From Candidatus Terraquivivens tengchongensis (GTDB lineage Archaea; Thermoproteota; Nitrososphaeria_A; Caldarchaeales; Wolframiiraptoraceae): DNA of 64,000 nucleotides. The notes below the pieces were generated by a model. The model saw only the letters and a program-made list of their open reading frames with translations. It was not told the origin of the DNA and did no database searches. Location: NCBI GenBank assembly GCA_023261845.1, contig JALNJZ010000001.1:32001-96000 (forward strand). Reading direction: 5' to 3'. Made by a program: the position numbers and the translations under genes. Position 1 is the first letter of the stretch; each line of letters starts with the position of its first letter. Shown piece after piece: positions 28,216-37,998 of this stretch.

Positions 28216-29695
28216 GATCGGGATCGTAGTTGGCGAGGCACGACCCGAATGGATACAATTCTTCGCCAAAGACGTGGTAAGGGTCGGAGAATTCGTCACT
28301 GTGGATACTGTTGATGGACAAGCCCTGTACTTAGTAGAGTCCTCTAAGCTCGAGAGTAAACTCCTGTCAAGAGTACATGACTACATAACGGCGATGGAAG
28401 CAAAAGAGGCGAGTAAAGTCAACCCTAGGGATACCGTTAGGTACTGTACCGCACGAGCTGTCGGACTGGTTAAAGATATCTTAAAGGGCATACGTGTTTA
28501 TCCTACGCTACCACCCGATCCAGGCTCGCCCGTATTTCTGGCCGAGGATGAGCTATTGAGGAGAATATTTCATAACGATTCGAAGGAATGGGTTGAAGTC
28601 GGAAGGTTATTGAGGAGGAACAGTGTCACGGTTTCTGTCAACTTGAACAAAGTCGCCTCCAGGCATCTTGCAATATTGGCGGCCACGGGTAAGGGAAAGT
28701 CGAACCTTTTGGCGCTAATAGCAAAAAGGGTAGCAGAGAAGAACGGCACTATGGTAATCTTAGACTATCATGCCGAGTACTATGACTTGAAGATTGAGAA
28801 GATGAGGTTTGTATGTCCAAAGATCAACCCAAGATATTTGGATTCCGAGGAGTTAGCAGATATGCTCGATATAAGGAGCGATGCCACAAAACAGAGGGAC
28901 GTACTCAGAAGGGCGTACACCAAGGATGTGATGAGGTCGCCGAATTTCTGGGAGGCTTTGGAGGAGAACCTTAGAAACGAGGCAGAAAACGAGGAAGACT
29001 TCCAAACGAGGGTTACAGCTAGGAGGGTCCTAGAGATAATCGAAAGAAGCCTTGCGATAAAGGGGAACATATTTGACACGGAAGTTGAAAGTCCACTCAA
29101 CCTCATCGAGCCCAACAAAATAAATGTATTAGATCTTTCAGGCCTGACAGAAATCCAAGCTCAGATAATCGTGGCGCATTATCTTACAGAAATCTTGAAC
29201 GATAGGAAAAATGCGATGCTTAAGAGAAAATCAAGGTTCAGATCGCCCGTAGTCATAGCTGTTGAAGAGGCTCATACGTTTATACCACAAGACAGGAGCT
29301 CCAGATGTTCCGGCGTGTTGGCCAGAATAGCGAGGGAAGGTAGAAAGTTCGGTGTATCACTGATTTTAGTCTCGCAAAGGCCGTGTAAGTTAAATGCAGA
29401 CGTAGCAAGTCAAATGGGCAGCTTCGCGATATCTGGTCTAACCCATCCGAGAGACCAGAACTTCGTCATGGAAGTGACGGATGAAGTTTCAACAGAGCTG
29501 GGCGCATCCTTGTCGAGCCTAAACACTGGCGAGATGATATTGACGGGTCAATGGATAACCGTGCCAGCACTCGTTAAAGTGGACCTCGTCGAAGAAAAGC
29601 ACATGGGTATGGATCTGGATGCAGTAGGGTTGTGGGCCGAGGATGCTAATGTAGGACGCAAAAGGATATCAACGGAGGAACTCATCAAGTTATGA
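28202..29695 (+). CDS. herA: HerA bipolar DNA helicase/translocase
   Basis: HAS barrel, RHLAILAATGKGKS, DYHAEY, VEEAH, IAREGRKFG and SQRP motifs. Confidence 0.95.
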   Translation: MKLVEIGIVVGEARPEWIQFFAKDVVRVGEFVTVDTVDGQALYLVESSKLESKLLSRVHDYITAMEAKEASKVNPRDTVRYCTARAVGLVKDILKGIRVYPTLPPDPGSPVFLAEDELLRRIFHNDSKEWVEVGRLLRRNSVTVSVNLNKVASRHLAILAATGKGKSNLLALIAKRVAEKNGTMVILDYHAEYYDLKIEKMRFVCPKINPRYLDSEELADMLDIRSDATKQRDVLRRAYTKDVMRSPNFWEALEENLRNEAENEEDFQTRVTARRVLEIIERSLAIKGNIFDTEVESPLNLIEPNKINVLDLSGLTEIQAQIIVAHYLTEILNDRKNAMLKRKSRFRSPVVIAVEEAHTFIPQDRSSRCSGVLARIAREGRKFGVSLILVSQRPCKLNADVASQMGSFAISGLTHPRDQNFVMEVTDEVSTELGASLSSLNTGEMILTGQWITVPALVKVDLVEEKHMGMDLDAVGLWAEDANVGRKRISTEELIKL

Positions 29696-30807
29696 TTATC
29701 GGACACTTATCCGATACACATCTCGGGGCTTATGCAGGAAAGGACGACGAAAGGGAGCAGGATTACTACGATGCATTCCAAGAGGCTATCGAGATATTCA
29801 TAAGAGACCACGTTAGGCTGGTTGTCCATGCGGGCGACATACTGCACTCCTCTAAACCATACGGAACCGCAATGAGGGTTCTTGTGGAGGGCGTTAAGCG
29901 ATTACATGATAAAGGTATACGATTCGTTTTTACTTTGGGCGAGCACGACATATCTAACATACCCAGTACCCCTCATCCCTGCATCCTTAATGTCTTAGGA
30001 TTTGCTAACTACATCGGAACAGGAGAACCGCTGGTTGTGGAAGATATTATCATAGCCGGTCTTCATAAGTACAAGAAGATTGAGAAGGAAAGGTTTTGTG
30101 AGAAGATTAAGGAGGTTGCTAAGAGAGTAAAGCAAATCGACGGAAAAAGGAAAGTTCTCGTATTGCATCAAGGGCTTACCGAGTTGTGTGGATTCGTGGG
30201 CGAAATATCTAAGGACGATATTCCTGCAGATTTCGACTACTATGCGATGGGGCACTTCCATACGTCACATGAGTTTAGGCACGGTAGCAGTTTGGGCTCA
30301 TACCCAGGAGCGACGCACTGGGTGGACTGGAACGACCCGGAGACTTCTTTCGTTAACTTGGTTGACCTTTCTGCTGATGAGCCGGAAATAAGCAAAGTTA
30401 AGTTGGAATCCGTAAGGCCGAGAATGGAGAAGCATGTAAGGTTCGAAGAGCTGGAAACTTTTGTACAGAAGCTGACATCATCGGTGCATAGGGACCGTAA
30501 AAAACCATGCCTCTTAATCACTGTAGATGCTAGCAAACCTTTCGACCCCAAACCTTTTGAGGGATCGCTGAGTGCATTCTACATTACTACAATCAAACCA
30601 GTCTTGAAGGAAATGGGTAAAGAAGTTCTGCATGAAGCCCCTGATGTTGATGCCGAGTTGATGAGGCTGACAGAGGTTGTGTTAGGAAGCAGAGAAAAGG
30701 CCGAGTTCGCGCTTTTCGAGCTGCTCAAAGTCCTAAATGATGAAGATTGGAGAAGGGGTGCTTTGGAATTTGTCTGGAAGACTTTCAAAGAGGGGAGAGT
30801 GGGATGA
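29692..30807 (+). CDS. mre11: Mre11 nuclease
   Basis: SDTHLG, AGDILH, GEHD, LHQG and MGHFH phosphoesterase motifs; YPGA. Confidence 0.93.
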   Translation: MIIGHLSDTHLGAYAGKDDEREQDYYDAFQEAIEIFIRDHVRLVVHAGDILHSSKPYGTAMRVLVEGVKRLHDKGIRFVFTLGEHDISNIPSTPHPCILNVLGFANYIGTGEPLVVEDIIIAGLHKYKKIEKERFCEKIKEVAKRVKQIDGKRKVLVLHQGLTELCGFVGEISKDDIPADFDYYAMGHFHTSHEFRHGSSLGSYPGATHWVDWNDPETSFVNLVDLSADEPEISKVKLESVRPRMEKHVRFEELETFVQKLTSSVHRDRKKPCLLITVDASKPFDPKPFEGSLSAFYITTIKPVLKEMGKEVLHEAPDVDAELMRLTEVVLGSREKAEFALFELLKVLNDEDWRRGALEFVWKTFKEGRVG

Positions 30808-33080
30808 TCTTAAGAGTTTTTCTGAATAACTTTACATCGCATAAGAATACGGTCTTAGAATTAGGGCCAGGTCTTCACGTTTTTGTAGGCAGAAATGGTT
30901 CTGGGAAGACTTCTGTTATAGATGGTATAACATACGCGCTCTTTGGTAAGCATGGAAGGGGGAGTAATGCAAACATAGCCAGGGACGGGGCATCCAGAGG
31001 TTACGTAGAGGTTGAGTTCGTGCTCAATGGTAGGACGTACACGGTAGGCAGGAGTTTCGACGGTCAAGGCAGATTAGAAGGCGCTTACTTAAGAGTTGAT
31101 GGAAAACCTTTGGTGATTGGTGAGAAGAAGAAAGAAGATACAGTAGCCAAGAAGATTGAAGAGATTCTATGTATGGGATACGAGAAGCTGAGGGCTTCTG
31201 TAATCATTCAGCAGGGAGAGATTGATAGGATACTTTCATGGCAACCTAGAGAGATAAAAGCATTATTTGATGACCTCTTAGGTCTTAGCGTGATGGAAAG
31301 TGCCTATAGGAAGATGAACGACGTAATCAAGGATTTCGACGAAAGGATAAGGAAAGAGACAGGATACTCAGTCAACGATGTCGATAGAGTCAGTAAAGAG
31401 ATTTCAGAGCACGAACTTGCCTTAAGCAAGCTTAACGAGGAACTGAAAGAGAAAGAACGCCAGCTCTTGGAGCTGAAAGAAAAGCACGATGTAATAAAGG
31501 CTGAGCTAGAAAAGATGGAGCGTTTCAGAGAAGCATACTATGCCGCTCTGTACCAAATCATCTCTATTAAGGACATCATTAGGAGCTGGGTGAGAAAAGA
31601 GAAAGAAGAGCTTAGAAAGTGTGAATTAGCATTAGAGCTGATGAAGATAAAGGATGATGTTGAAAGGAGGACTAGGCTGAAGAATGAACTAAAAGAAGAA
31701 ATCACGAAACTGGAGAAGGATATCGAGTACTTGAAGAAAGAGATCGTGCACGTCGAGGAAGAGAAGGCAGAGTTAAAGAGAAAGTTGGAGGCATTGGGCG
31801 AAGAAGGTTTTAGGGGGAGGGCGTTTTCTGAAATCATCAGGGAGGTCAGCAGCAAAACCGCTGAGCTTGTTGACATGGCCGTGGAGCTTGGCAAGTCGCT
31901 AGCGACAGGTGACGGAAGAGAAAATTCTCTGAAGAAAGATGTGGAGATCAAGAAAGGGGAAATACTCGGGCTTTTTGAGGAGTCCTACAGATCCGGTATC
32001 AGGACGTACCTCGAGGACCTAATGGCTAAGATGAAGAGCTTGGATAACGAGGCGAACATTCTATCATCGAGGTTAGAGCTATCAAAGAAGAAGTTGGACA
32101 GTATGGTAGAAGAATTGGCACAAATTTCTAAACTTAATGGTAAGGACGTTGAAAGGTTACAAGAAGAGGTCAAGAGGGGTCAGGTTATCTTGGAGGCTGC
32201 TGGCATCGATAGTCCAGAGAAATTTAACATTAGGAAGGAAAAGCTAGAAAATGTTGAGAAAGCGCTCGCGTTAATACCAGAAGACGGTCTTCCAGAACCC
32301 GATTTGTTCTACAGCATAGCCGTTACGGATGACGTCGTTCAAAGGATAAAGAAAGTTGAGGCCATGATGCCGGAGGCTAAGGCCTTCGATAAGATACAAT
32401 ACGAAAACCTCAAGGGGGCTTATGAAGAGCTTCAGAAGAACATCGGTGCGTTAGAGGGCGAGGTTGAGAGGTACAGGAAAGATATCAAGGAGAAAGAAGA
32501 CATGCTTTCTAGACTCAAGAATACCCTAAGTACACTCGAAAATGCCAAGAAGTTCCGTGACTTCCTCGACGAAATTAGGGATAAGGTATACCATAGAGAT
32601 GGGCCTGTGCTCAAATCCCTCAGGTCGTGGGCTATCAAAGAAGTGTCTAGGTTTGCCACTGAACATCTAGAATTGTTCAACATCAACGTTAACGGTGTAA
32701 AGTTTGAGGAGGTTGAGAACGAGCTTGAGATCAAGTGCTACCAGAGGGGACGGGAAGTTGATACCGATAGGCTTAGCGGTGGTGAGAAGGTTGCCGTGGC
32801 CCTTGCCCTTAGACTCGCTATCGGCGACATACTTGGTGCAAAAAGGCTGGGCTTCTTTGTACTCGACGAGCCGACCGTGCACTTAGACTCCGAGAATAGG
32901 ACGAAGCTTGCTGAAGTTTTCTCAGCGCTAAGCAGAGGTGTCAGGCAGGTGATCGTAATCACGCATGATGAGGAAGTTTTCGAAGAGGCGGATGCGGTAT
33001 TGTACAGGTTTGAAAGGGAAGCTGGAGTAGAAGACTACACAAAGGTAGAATTGATAGGAAAACTGGCGAAGGTATTATGA
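30804..33080 (+). CDS. rad50: Rad50 ATPase (no CxxC hook)
   Basis: NNFTSH, GRNGSGKTS, QQGEI, coiled coil, LSGGE, LDEPTVHLD and ITHD. Start at ATG 30804 overlaps the mre11 stop (ATGA). Confidence 0.93.
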   Translation: MILRVFLNNFTSHKNTVLELGPGLHVFVGRNGSGKTSVIDGITYALFGKHGRGSNANIARDGASRGYVEVEFVLNGRTYTVGRSFDGQGRLEGAYLRVDGKPLVIGEKKKEDTVAKKIEEILCMGYEKLRASVIIQQGEIDRILSWQPREIKALFDDLLGLSVMESAYRKMNDVIKDFDERIRKETGYSVNDVDRVSKEISEHELALSKLNEELKEKERQLLELKEKHDVIKAELEKMERFREAYYAALYQIISIKDIIRSWVRKEKEELRKCELALELMKIKDDVERRTRLKNELKEEITKLEKDIEYLKKEIVHVEEEKAELKRKLEALGEEGFRGRAFSEIIREVSSKTAELVDMAVELGKSLATGDGRENSLKKDVEIKKGEILGLFEESYRSGIRTYLEDLMAKMKSLDNEANILSSRLELSKKKLDSMVEELAQISKLNGKDVERLQEEVKRGQVILEAAGIDSPEKFNIRKEKLENVEKALALIPEDGLPEPDLFYSIAVTDDVVQRIKKVEAMMPEAKAFDKIQYENLKGAYEELQKNIGALEGEVERYRKDIKEKEDMLSRLKNTLSTLENAKKFRDFLDEIRDKVYHRDGPVLKSLRSWAIKEVSRFATEHLELFNINVNGVKFEEVENELEIKCYQRGREVDTDRLSGGEKVAVALALRLAIGDILGAKRLGFFVLDEPTVHLDSENRTKLAEVFSALSRGVRQVIVITHDEEVFEEADAVLYRFEREAGVEDYTKVELIGKLAKVL

Positions 33081-33085
33081 AGAGT

Positions 33086-33802
33086 TTATTGACCGCCGGT
33101 CAATCCAAGATAAAGCGTCGAGAGTTGTGAGTGCGTTAAAAGCTCCTCGCATCCTCCTTCGAACGAAAGCCTTCCACCAACCAGCAAGTAAGCTCTATCA
33201 CCTATCTCAAGGGCTTTCTTGGCATTCTGCTCCACAAGTATTATCGTGACCCTCATCGCATCCCTAAGTTCAACTATTTTCTCGAGTACACTGTTAGCCA
33301 CCTTTGGTGCGAGCTCGCTCGTTGGTTCGTCAAACATCATAACCTTAGGCCTTCTCAAGAGCGCCATGGCCATAGCGAGCATCTGCCTTTCTCCACCGCT
33401 CAATAAACCGGCCCTAGTCCGCCAATATTTTTTAACTATAGGGAAGATGTCGCAAACCTCCTTTAACCTTTCCTCCATCTCGGACTTATCGAGGGTGTAT
33501 CCTGCCATCATCATGTTTTCCTCAACGCTGAGGTTTTCGAATATCTTGCTAAGCTGGGGCAGGTAGGCTATACCGAGTCTAGCTATTTCATGCGGAGGTT
33601 TACCAACGAGTTCCATGTCCTCAAACTTCACCGATCCGGAATAAATCGTAGTCAGACCGAATATGGATTTCAGCAACGTACTCTTTCCGCTTCCATTAGG
33701 CCCAACTACTGTATTTATCTTTCTAGGTTGAAAGTTGGCAGACACGTCAAAAAGCACTTGAAGCTTACGATAACCGGAGTTCAGGTTCTTGATCTCTATC
33801 AT
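33086..33802 (-). CDS. livF: Branched-chain amino acid ABC transporter ATPase (LivF)
   Basis: GPNGSGKST, LSGGERQMLA, DEP and LVEQN motifs. Confidence 0.92.
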   Translation of the reverse strand: MIEIKNLNSGYRKLQVLFDVSANFQPRKINTVVGPNGSGKSTLLKSIFGLTTIYSGSVKFEDMELVGKPPHEIARLGIAYLPQLSKIFENLSVEENMMMAGYTLDKSEMEERLKEVCDIFPIVKKYWRTRAGLLSGGERQMLAMAMALLRRPKVMMFDEPTSELAPKVANSVLEKIVELRDAMRVTIILVEQNAKKALEIGDRAYLLVGGRLSFEGGCEELLTHSQLSTLYLGLTGGQ

Positions 33803-33808
33803 GAGACA

Positions 33809-34570
33809 TTACCCTCCGAGATAAGCATCAATAACCCTTCTATCCGAGACTACTTCTTCTGGCTTTCCGGACGCAATCATGGAACCTGCAGCCATCACGT
33901 AAACATAGTCAACATAGCGGAGGGCGATGTCAAGCCTATGTTCTACAATGAGTATCGTCAGGTTCTTTTCATCTTTAAGCTTCCTGAGTGTTTTGAATAT
34001 TTCATGAGCGAGTACCGGGTTTACACCAGCTATCGGCTCGTCCATTATGAGTAGCTTCGTATCGGCCATGAGTGCTCTTCCGACCTCTAGGAGCTTCAGT
34101 TGCCCTCCGCTCAGCTTCTCAGCCTCCTGATCCCATAAGTGGTCTAGCCTGAGGAATTTGAGGAGCTCAAAGGCTTTCTCGACAGCTTTTTCCTCAAACT
34201 TCCTCCATTCGCTCCTCTTTAGGGCCGATGCAAAACCTTCTCCAGGGTTGCCCGGATATACTGTCAGCAAGTTTTCCAGAACTGTGAGCTTTCTGAATGG
34301 TTGCGGTATTTGGAAGGTCCTGGATATGCCGAGCTTGAATATCTCATGGGATGGGAGCCCGGTTATATCCGTATCGTCAAAGAAGATTCCTCCACCATCC
34401 GGCTTGTACACTCCCGTTACCAAGTTGATGAGCGTGGTCTTACCGCTTCCGTTGGGTCCTATCAGGATTGTTAGAGTGTTCTTTTCAACATCCATACTAA
34501 CCCCTGATAAAGCTACAAGTCCACCAAAACACTTTCTCACGTCTCTGACCTTCAGTATTCTTTCCGACAT
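33809..34570 (-). CDS. livG: Branched-chain amino acid ABC transporter ATPase (LivG)
   Basis: FGGLVAL, GPNGSGKTT, RTFQ, DEPIAGVNP and V..AYLG motifs. Confidence 0.92.
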   Translation of the reverse strand: MSERILKVRDVRKCFGGLVALSGVSMDVEKNTLTILIGPNGSGKTTLINLVTGVYKPDGGGIFFDDTDITGLPSHEIFKLGISRTFQIPQPFRKLTVLENLLTVYPGNPGEGFASALKRSEWRKFEEKAVEKAFELLKFLRLDHLWDQEAEKLSGGQLKLLEVGRALMADTKLLIMDEPIAGVNPVLAHEIFKTLRKLKDEKNLTILIVEHRLDIALRYVDYVYVMAAGSMIASGKPEEVVSDRRVIDAYLGG

Positions 34571-34616
34571 CTATATGCATAGCATAAAAAAATAAGGGAT
34601 TTAAAACCTTTTCAGC

Positions 34617-35903
34617 CTATCTCCAGAGTATCTCGCCAGTTGCTCCGTAGTACATTCCCGTAGTTGCCCATTCGTATTTGTCATCCTTTGCTACGATCTC
34701 AGCCAGTTCGTAGTCTGCAGCGATCCTATCACCCGCCTCATCTATCATAATGTAACCGCTAGCGCCGTAGTAAGTCTTGAGTATGTTGGGCATGACTGAT
34801 ATGACGGCATCGGCATCATATTTGTTAGTCGCCAGTAAACAAAGCGCTACAACCCATAAGGCATCATAAGCATTGTAGGCATAAGGTGGCGGTGTCCTTC
34901 CAAGCTGAGCGACGATCTTATTCAGCACCTCCTGGTACCTCGGCGTCTTTGTCGGCGAGAATATCGGGCTTACAAACCTAACACTGGAGGAAAATTCCGC
35001 TGTCTTTGTCTCCTCGATAAGCGTGCCCTCGTACGCAGTACCATCGCTTCCGAACCACTTCACTTTCCAAAGAATATCATAATCCCTAGCAGAGAGCATG
35101 AAGGTTGTGGCCTCACCGTAGGTGATTATATGTACCATTATCTTCTCAGGCGGGATTCCTTGTTCTACGAGTTTGTTGACTTCTGCGGCAAGGCTTGAAA
35201 CTTCAGCAGAGTAATCCGTCGCGGCCTCGGCTATCCTAAACTTTCCGGCAACAGCGATGCCGAGTTCCTTCGCGGTTTTCTCAGACACCTCTGCTAGACC
35301 ATCGCCCCAAGGGTTAGCCAAGTATACGATGAACATATGCGTTACACCAAGCTTATTGGCAAACTTCGGCCCTATTGGTCCTTGGTAGAGGTCGTTTGGA
35401 ACAAACCTGTAGATATAGTCACCCTTTATCGCAAGCATTGGTGAGGTTGAAGACTGTGATATGATCAATATCTTGTTTGAGTCCGCATACTCTTTTATCT
35501 TTAACACCTCTCCGCTGCCCATTGGTCCGATCACTATCTTGACACCCTTTGCGTGTAAGCTCATCAGTTTCTCCAGCGCAACCTCAGGTTTTGTCTCCGT
35601 ATCCTCGATGTAGAGTTTTAACCTCCAGTTAGCTCCTGACTTTGCTAGAAGGCTGTTTATTTCCTCAGCAGCTATGAGTAGTGCGGGTCTGTTGGGCTCT
35701 CCTAGGGTTGCAAGCGGCCCACTCAATGGAAGCAGCACACCAATCGGCACCTCACCGCTTAAGCCAGCCGTAGGAGCGGCGGGCGTTACAGGCGCCATAT
35801 AGGGTGCTATAAAGTACCCTATACCTATACCGAGTAGTAACGTTACTATAGCAACTACTATAGTTATGGCTTTTGTTACACCTTTTCCTATCATTGTTCT
35901 CAT
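34617..35903 (-). CDS. Branched-chain amino acid ABC transporter substrate-binding protein (LivK/LivJ-like)
   Basis: N-terminal anchor helix; IGVLLPLSG, EDT, IGPMGS, STSP and YNAYDALW motifs. Confidence 0.9.
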   Translation of the reverse strand: MRTMIGKGVTKAITIVVAIVTLLLGIGIGYFIAPYMAPVTPAAPTAGLSGEVPIGVLLPLSGPLATLGEPNRPALLIAAEEINSLLAKSGANWRLKLYIEDTETKPEVALEKLMSLHAKGVKIVIGPMGSGEVLKIKEYADSNKILIISQSSTSPMLAIKGDYIYRFVPNDLYQGPIGPKFANKLGVTHMFIVYLANPWGDGLAEVSEKTAKELGIAVAGKFRIAEAATDYSAEVSSLAAEVNKLVEQGIPPEKIMVHIITYGEATTFMLSARDYDILWKVKWFGSDGTAYEGTLIEETKTAEFSSSVRFVSPIFSPTKTPRYQEVLNKIVAQLGRTPPPYAYNAYDALWVVALCLLATNKYDADAVISVMPNILKTYYGASGYIMIDEAGDRIAADYELAEIVAKDDKYEWATTGMYYGATGEILWR

Positions 35904-35962
35904 CCTGCTTTGAGCCTATTAAAATTACTGTCTCGTTTATAAGGCTTTAGCTAAGGTTATTA

Positions 35963-36919
35963 ATGAGTTCGTTAGAATGGCTTCGTCAGCAGGGAAGACA
36001 AATGAGTCTTCTGCTGGTCAGGGATGCTATAATCTTTAGTTCACTAATGATTATGCTTAGCGCAGGGTTGACGTTAACGTATATGACGACGAAAGTCCCC
36101 AACTTCGCCCACGGAGAATTCGCCACACTGAACATATACTTGAATCTAGCCTTAGTTCGGCTACTTAATATTAACCCGTATCTCGGCACAATCCCTGCAT
36201 TTATGTTAGGTGGCGCGGTTGCTTTGGTGCTTTACTTGGCGGTACTGAAACCTTTGATGAACAGGGGTGCAAATTACGTGATATTGATGATCGCGACGAT
36301 AGCATACGATATGATTCTTATATCACTAATCAACATATTTGCCGATTATCTTAACAGAATTCATAAGCTTATCACAAGGCTCTTCCAATTGAAGGGGTTT
36401 GACATCGAGATATTTGGGCAACCAGGATTGTTCATCATAGCACCCGTCCTTGCTTTCATTATGATAACATCGCTTTACTTATTCTTAAACAAGACGAAGT
36501 TTGGGATAGCAATGAGGGCTGCGATAGAAAATCCTTCCTTGGCAGAGGTTGTTGGGATAAACATTAACTTGATGTATGCAGCCTCTTGGTTCATCTCGGG
36601 CGGACTAGCAGGAGTTGCCGGTGCCCTCATGCCGCTTTACATGACTTGCAACCCGGACATAGGGATAAGGTTGCTGATCAGCATATTTGCTGCAAGCATC
36701 TTGGGAGGTTTAAGCAACATGTATGGAGCTCTTATTGGGGGTGCAATAATAGGTTTTGCGGAGGTATTGGGAACCGGCTACCTCTCGACGGCCCTTGGGC
36801 CGTGGGTCGTCCCTTACCGTCCTGTGATACCTTTAATCATAATGATGTTGACGCTACTTTTAGCTCCGAAGGGTTTGGCTGGCATAGATTGGAAGAGGTT
36901 TATGAAAAAGGTGGGTTAA
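35963..36919 (+). CDS. livH: Branched-chain amino acid ABC transporter permease (LivH)
   Basis: GLTL...NFAHG, TKFGIAMRA..EN..LA and FAASILGG motifs. Confidence 0.9.
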   Translation: MSSLEWLRQQGRQMSLLLVRDAIIFSSLMIMLSAGLTLTYMTTKVPNFAHGEFATLNIYLNLALVRLLNINPYLGTIPAFMLGGAVALVLYLAVLKPLMNRGANYVILMIATIAYDMILISLINIFADYLNRIHKLITRLFQLKGFDIEIFGQPGLFIIAPVLAFIMITSLYLFLNKTKFGIAMRAAIENPSLAEVVGININLMYAASWFISGGLAGVAGALMPLYMTCNPDIGIRLLISIFAASILGGLSNMYGALIGGAIIGFAEVLGTGYLSTALGPWVVPYRPVIPLIIMMLTLLLAPKGLAGIDWKRFMKKVG

Positions 36920-36920
36920 G

Positions 36921-37991
36921 ATGGCACTTCCTATACCGCTCACATTCCTCATAGACTTGTTGACCCTCTTCGGTATATTCGCAATAATATCAATGAGCCT
37001 GAACCTTGAGTTCGGTTACACGGGAATACCGAACTTTGGCAAGATGTTGGCGGTCGCAGGAGGTGCTTTTTTCGTTGGAGCGGTACCGGGCAGGGTTATC
37101 GCATATTTATTTAACATACCTGCAGAGCTGGACTTTATCAAAAACAATTTAGAAGTCGTCTCCTCGCTTAACCAAGTTTTAACATCTGAGCCCGTAATCT
37201 CAACCTGTTATCTTTTGGCGTCGCTGGTAGGTGCGGCATTTGCCGGAGCAGTTTTGGGATACGTGGCATCCTATCCTGGAATAAGGCTTAGAGGGGATTA
37301 TTTTGCTATGACACTTTTGGCTATGGCTGAGGTGTTGAAGATCATAGGGGATAACTGGGAACCGTTCATCGGAGGTAGCTTAGGCGTCCGCATACCTGAC
37401 CCGTTCAGGTGGGTCGGTGGAGAGCATAGACCGCTCTATGTAGCTCTGACAATACTTGGGGTAACCGCGGTTATATTCGTCTACTTAGAACTCATCAGTA
37501 GGTCACCACTTGGTAGGACTCTCAGGGCGGTAAGGGACGATGAGCTCTCGGCCAGGGTTTACGGGAAAGACGTCAACAGATTAAGAATGAAAACGCTGGT
37601 CGTAGGATGCGCGATAGCTGCAATTGGTGGAGCGCTTTATTCGTTCCTCACAGCGAGCGTGTCAGCCCGCGATTTCAATAGAGTCACGCATACTTTCTGG
37701 CCGTGGGTCATGGTGATCGTCGGAGGCGCCAGCAATAACCTCGGAGCACTTGTAGGAGCAGGCATGTTTGTGACGCTTCGGAAGCTCGTAACGTTCTACA
37801 AAAGTTACTTCGAGACGATCGTTCCGTTCGACGTCATCTGGCTCGAGTATATGTTGCTCGGGCTTGCACTCATCCTCGTTCTGCTTTACAGGTCAGAGGG
37901 GCTTACACCGGAGAAGCCAACAAAGACCTTGAAACGCAACTATATAGTCAACAAAGTCCTGTCGCGCATTAAAACCAAGGAAGGAACCTGA
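36921..37991 (+). CDS. livM: Branched-chain amino acid ABC transporter permease (LivM)
   Basis: SLNLEFGYTGIPNFG, RLRGDYFAMTLL, SPLGRTLRAVRDDE and MVIVGG motifs. Confidence 0.9.
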   Translation: MALPIPLTFLIDLLTLFGIFAIISMSLNLEFGYTGIPNFGKMLAVAGGAFFVGAVPGRVIAYLFNIPAELDFIKNNLEVVSSLNQVLTSEPVISTCYLLASLVGAAFAGAVLGYVASYPGIRLRGDYFAMTLLAMAEVLKIIGDNWEPFIGGSLGVRIPDPFRWVGGEHRPLYVALTILGVTAVIFVYLELISRSPLGRTLRAVRDDELSARVYGKDVNRLRMKTLVVGCAIAAIGGALYSFLTASVSARDFNRVTHTFWPWVMVIVGGASNNLGALVGAGMFVTLRKLVTFYKSYFETIVPFDVIWLEYMLLGLALILVLLYRSEGLTPEKPTKTLKRNYIVNKVLSRIKTKEGT

Positions 37992-37998
37992 TCGTTGT

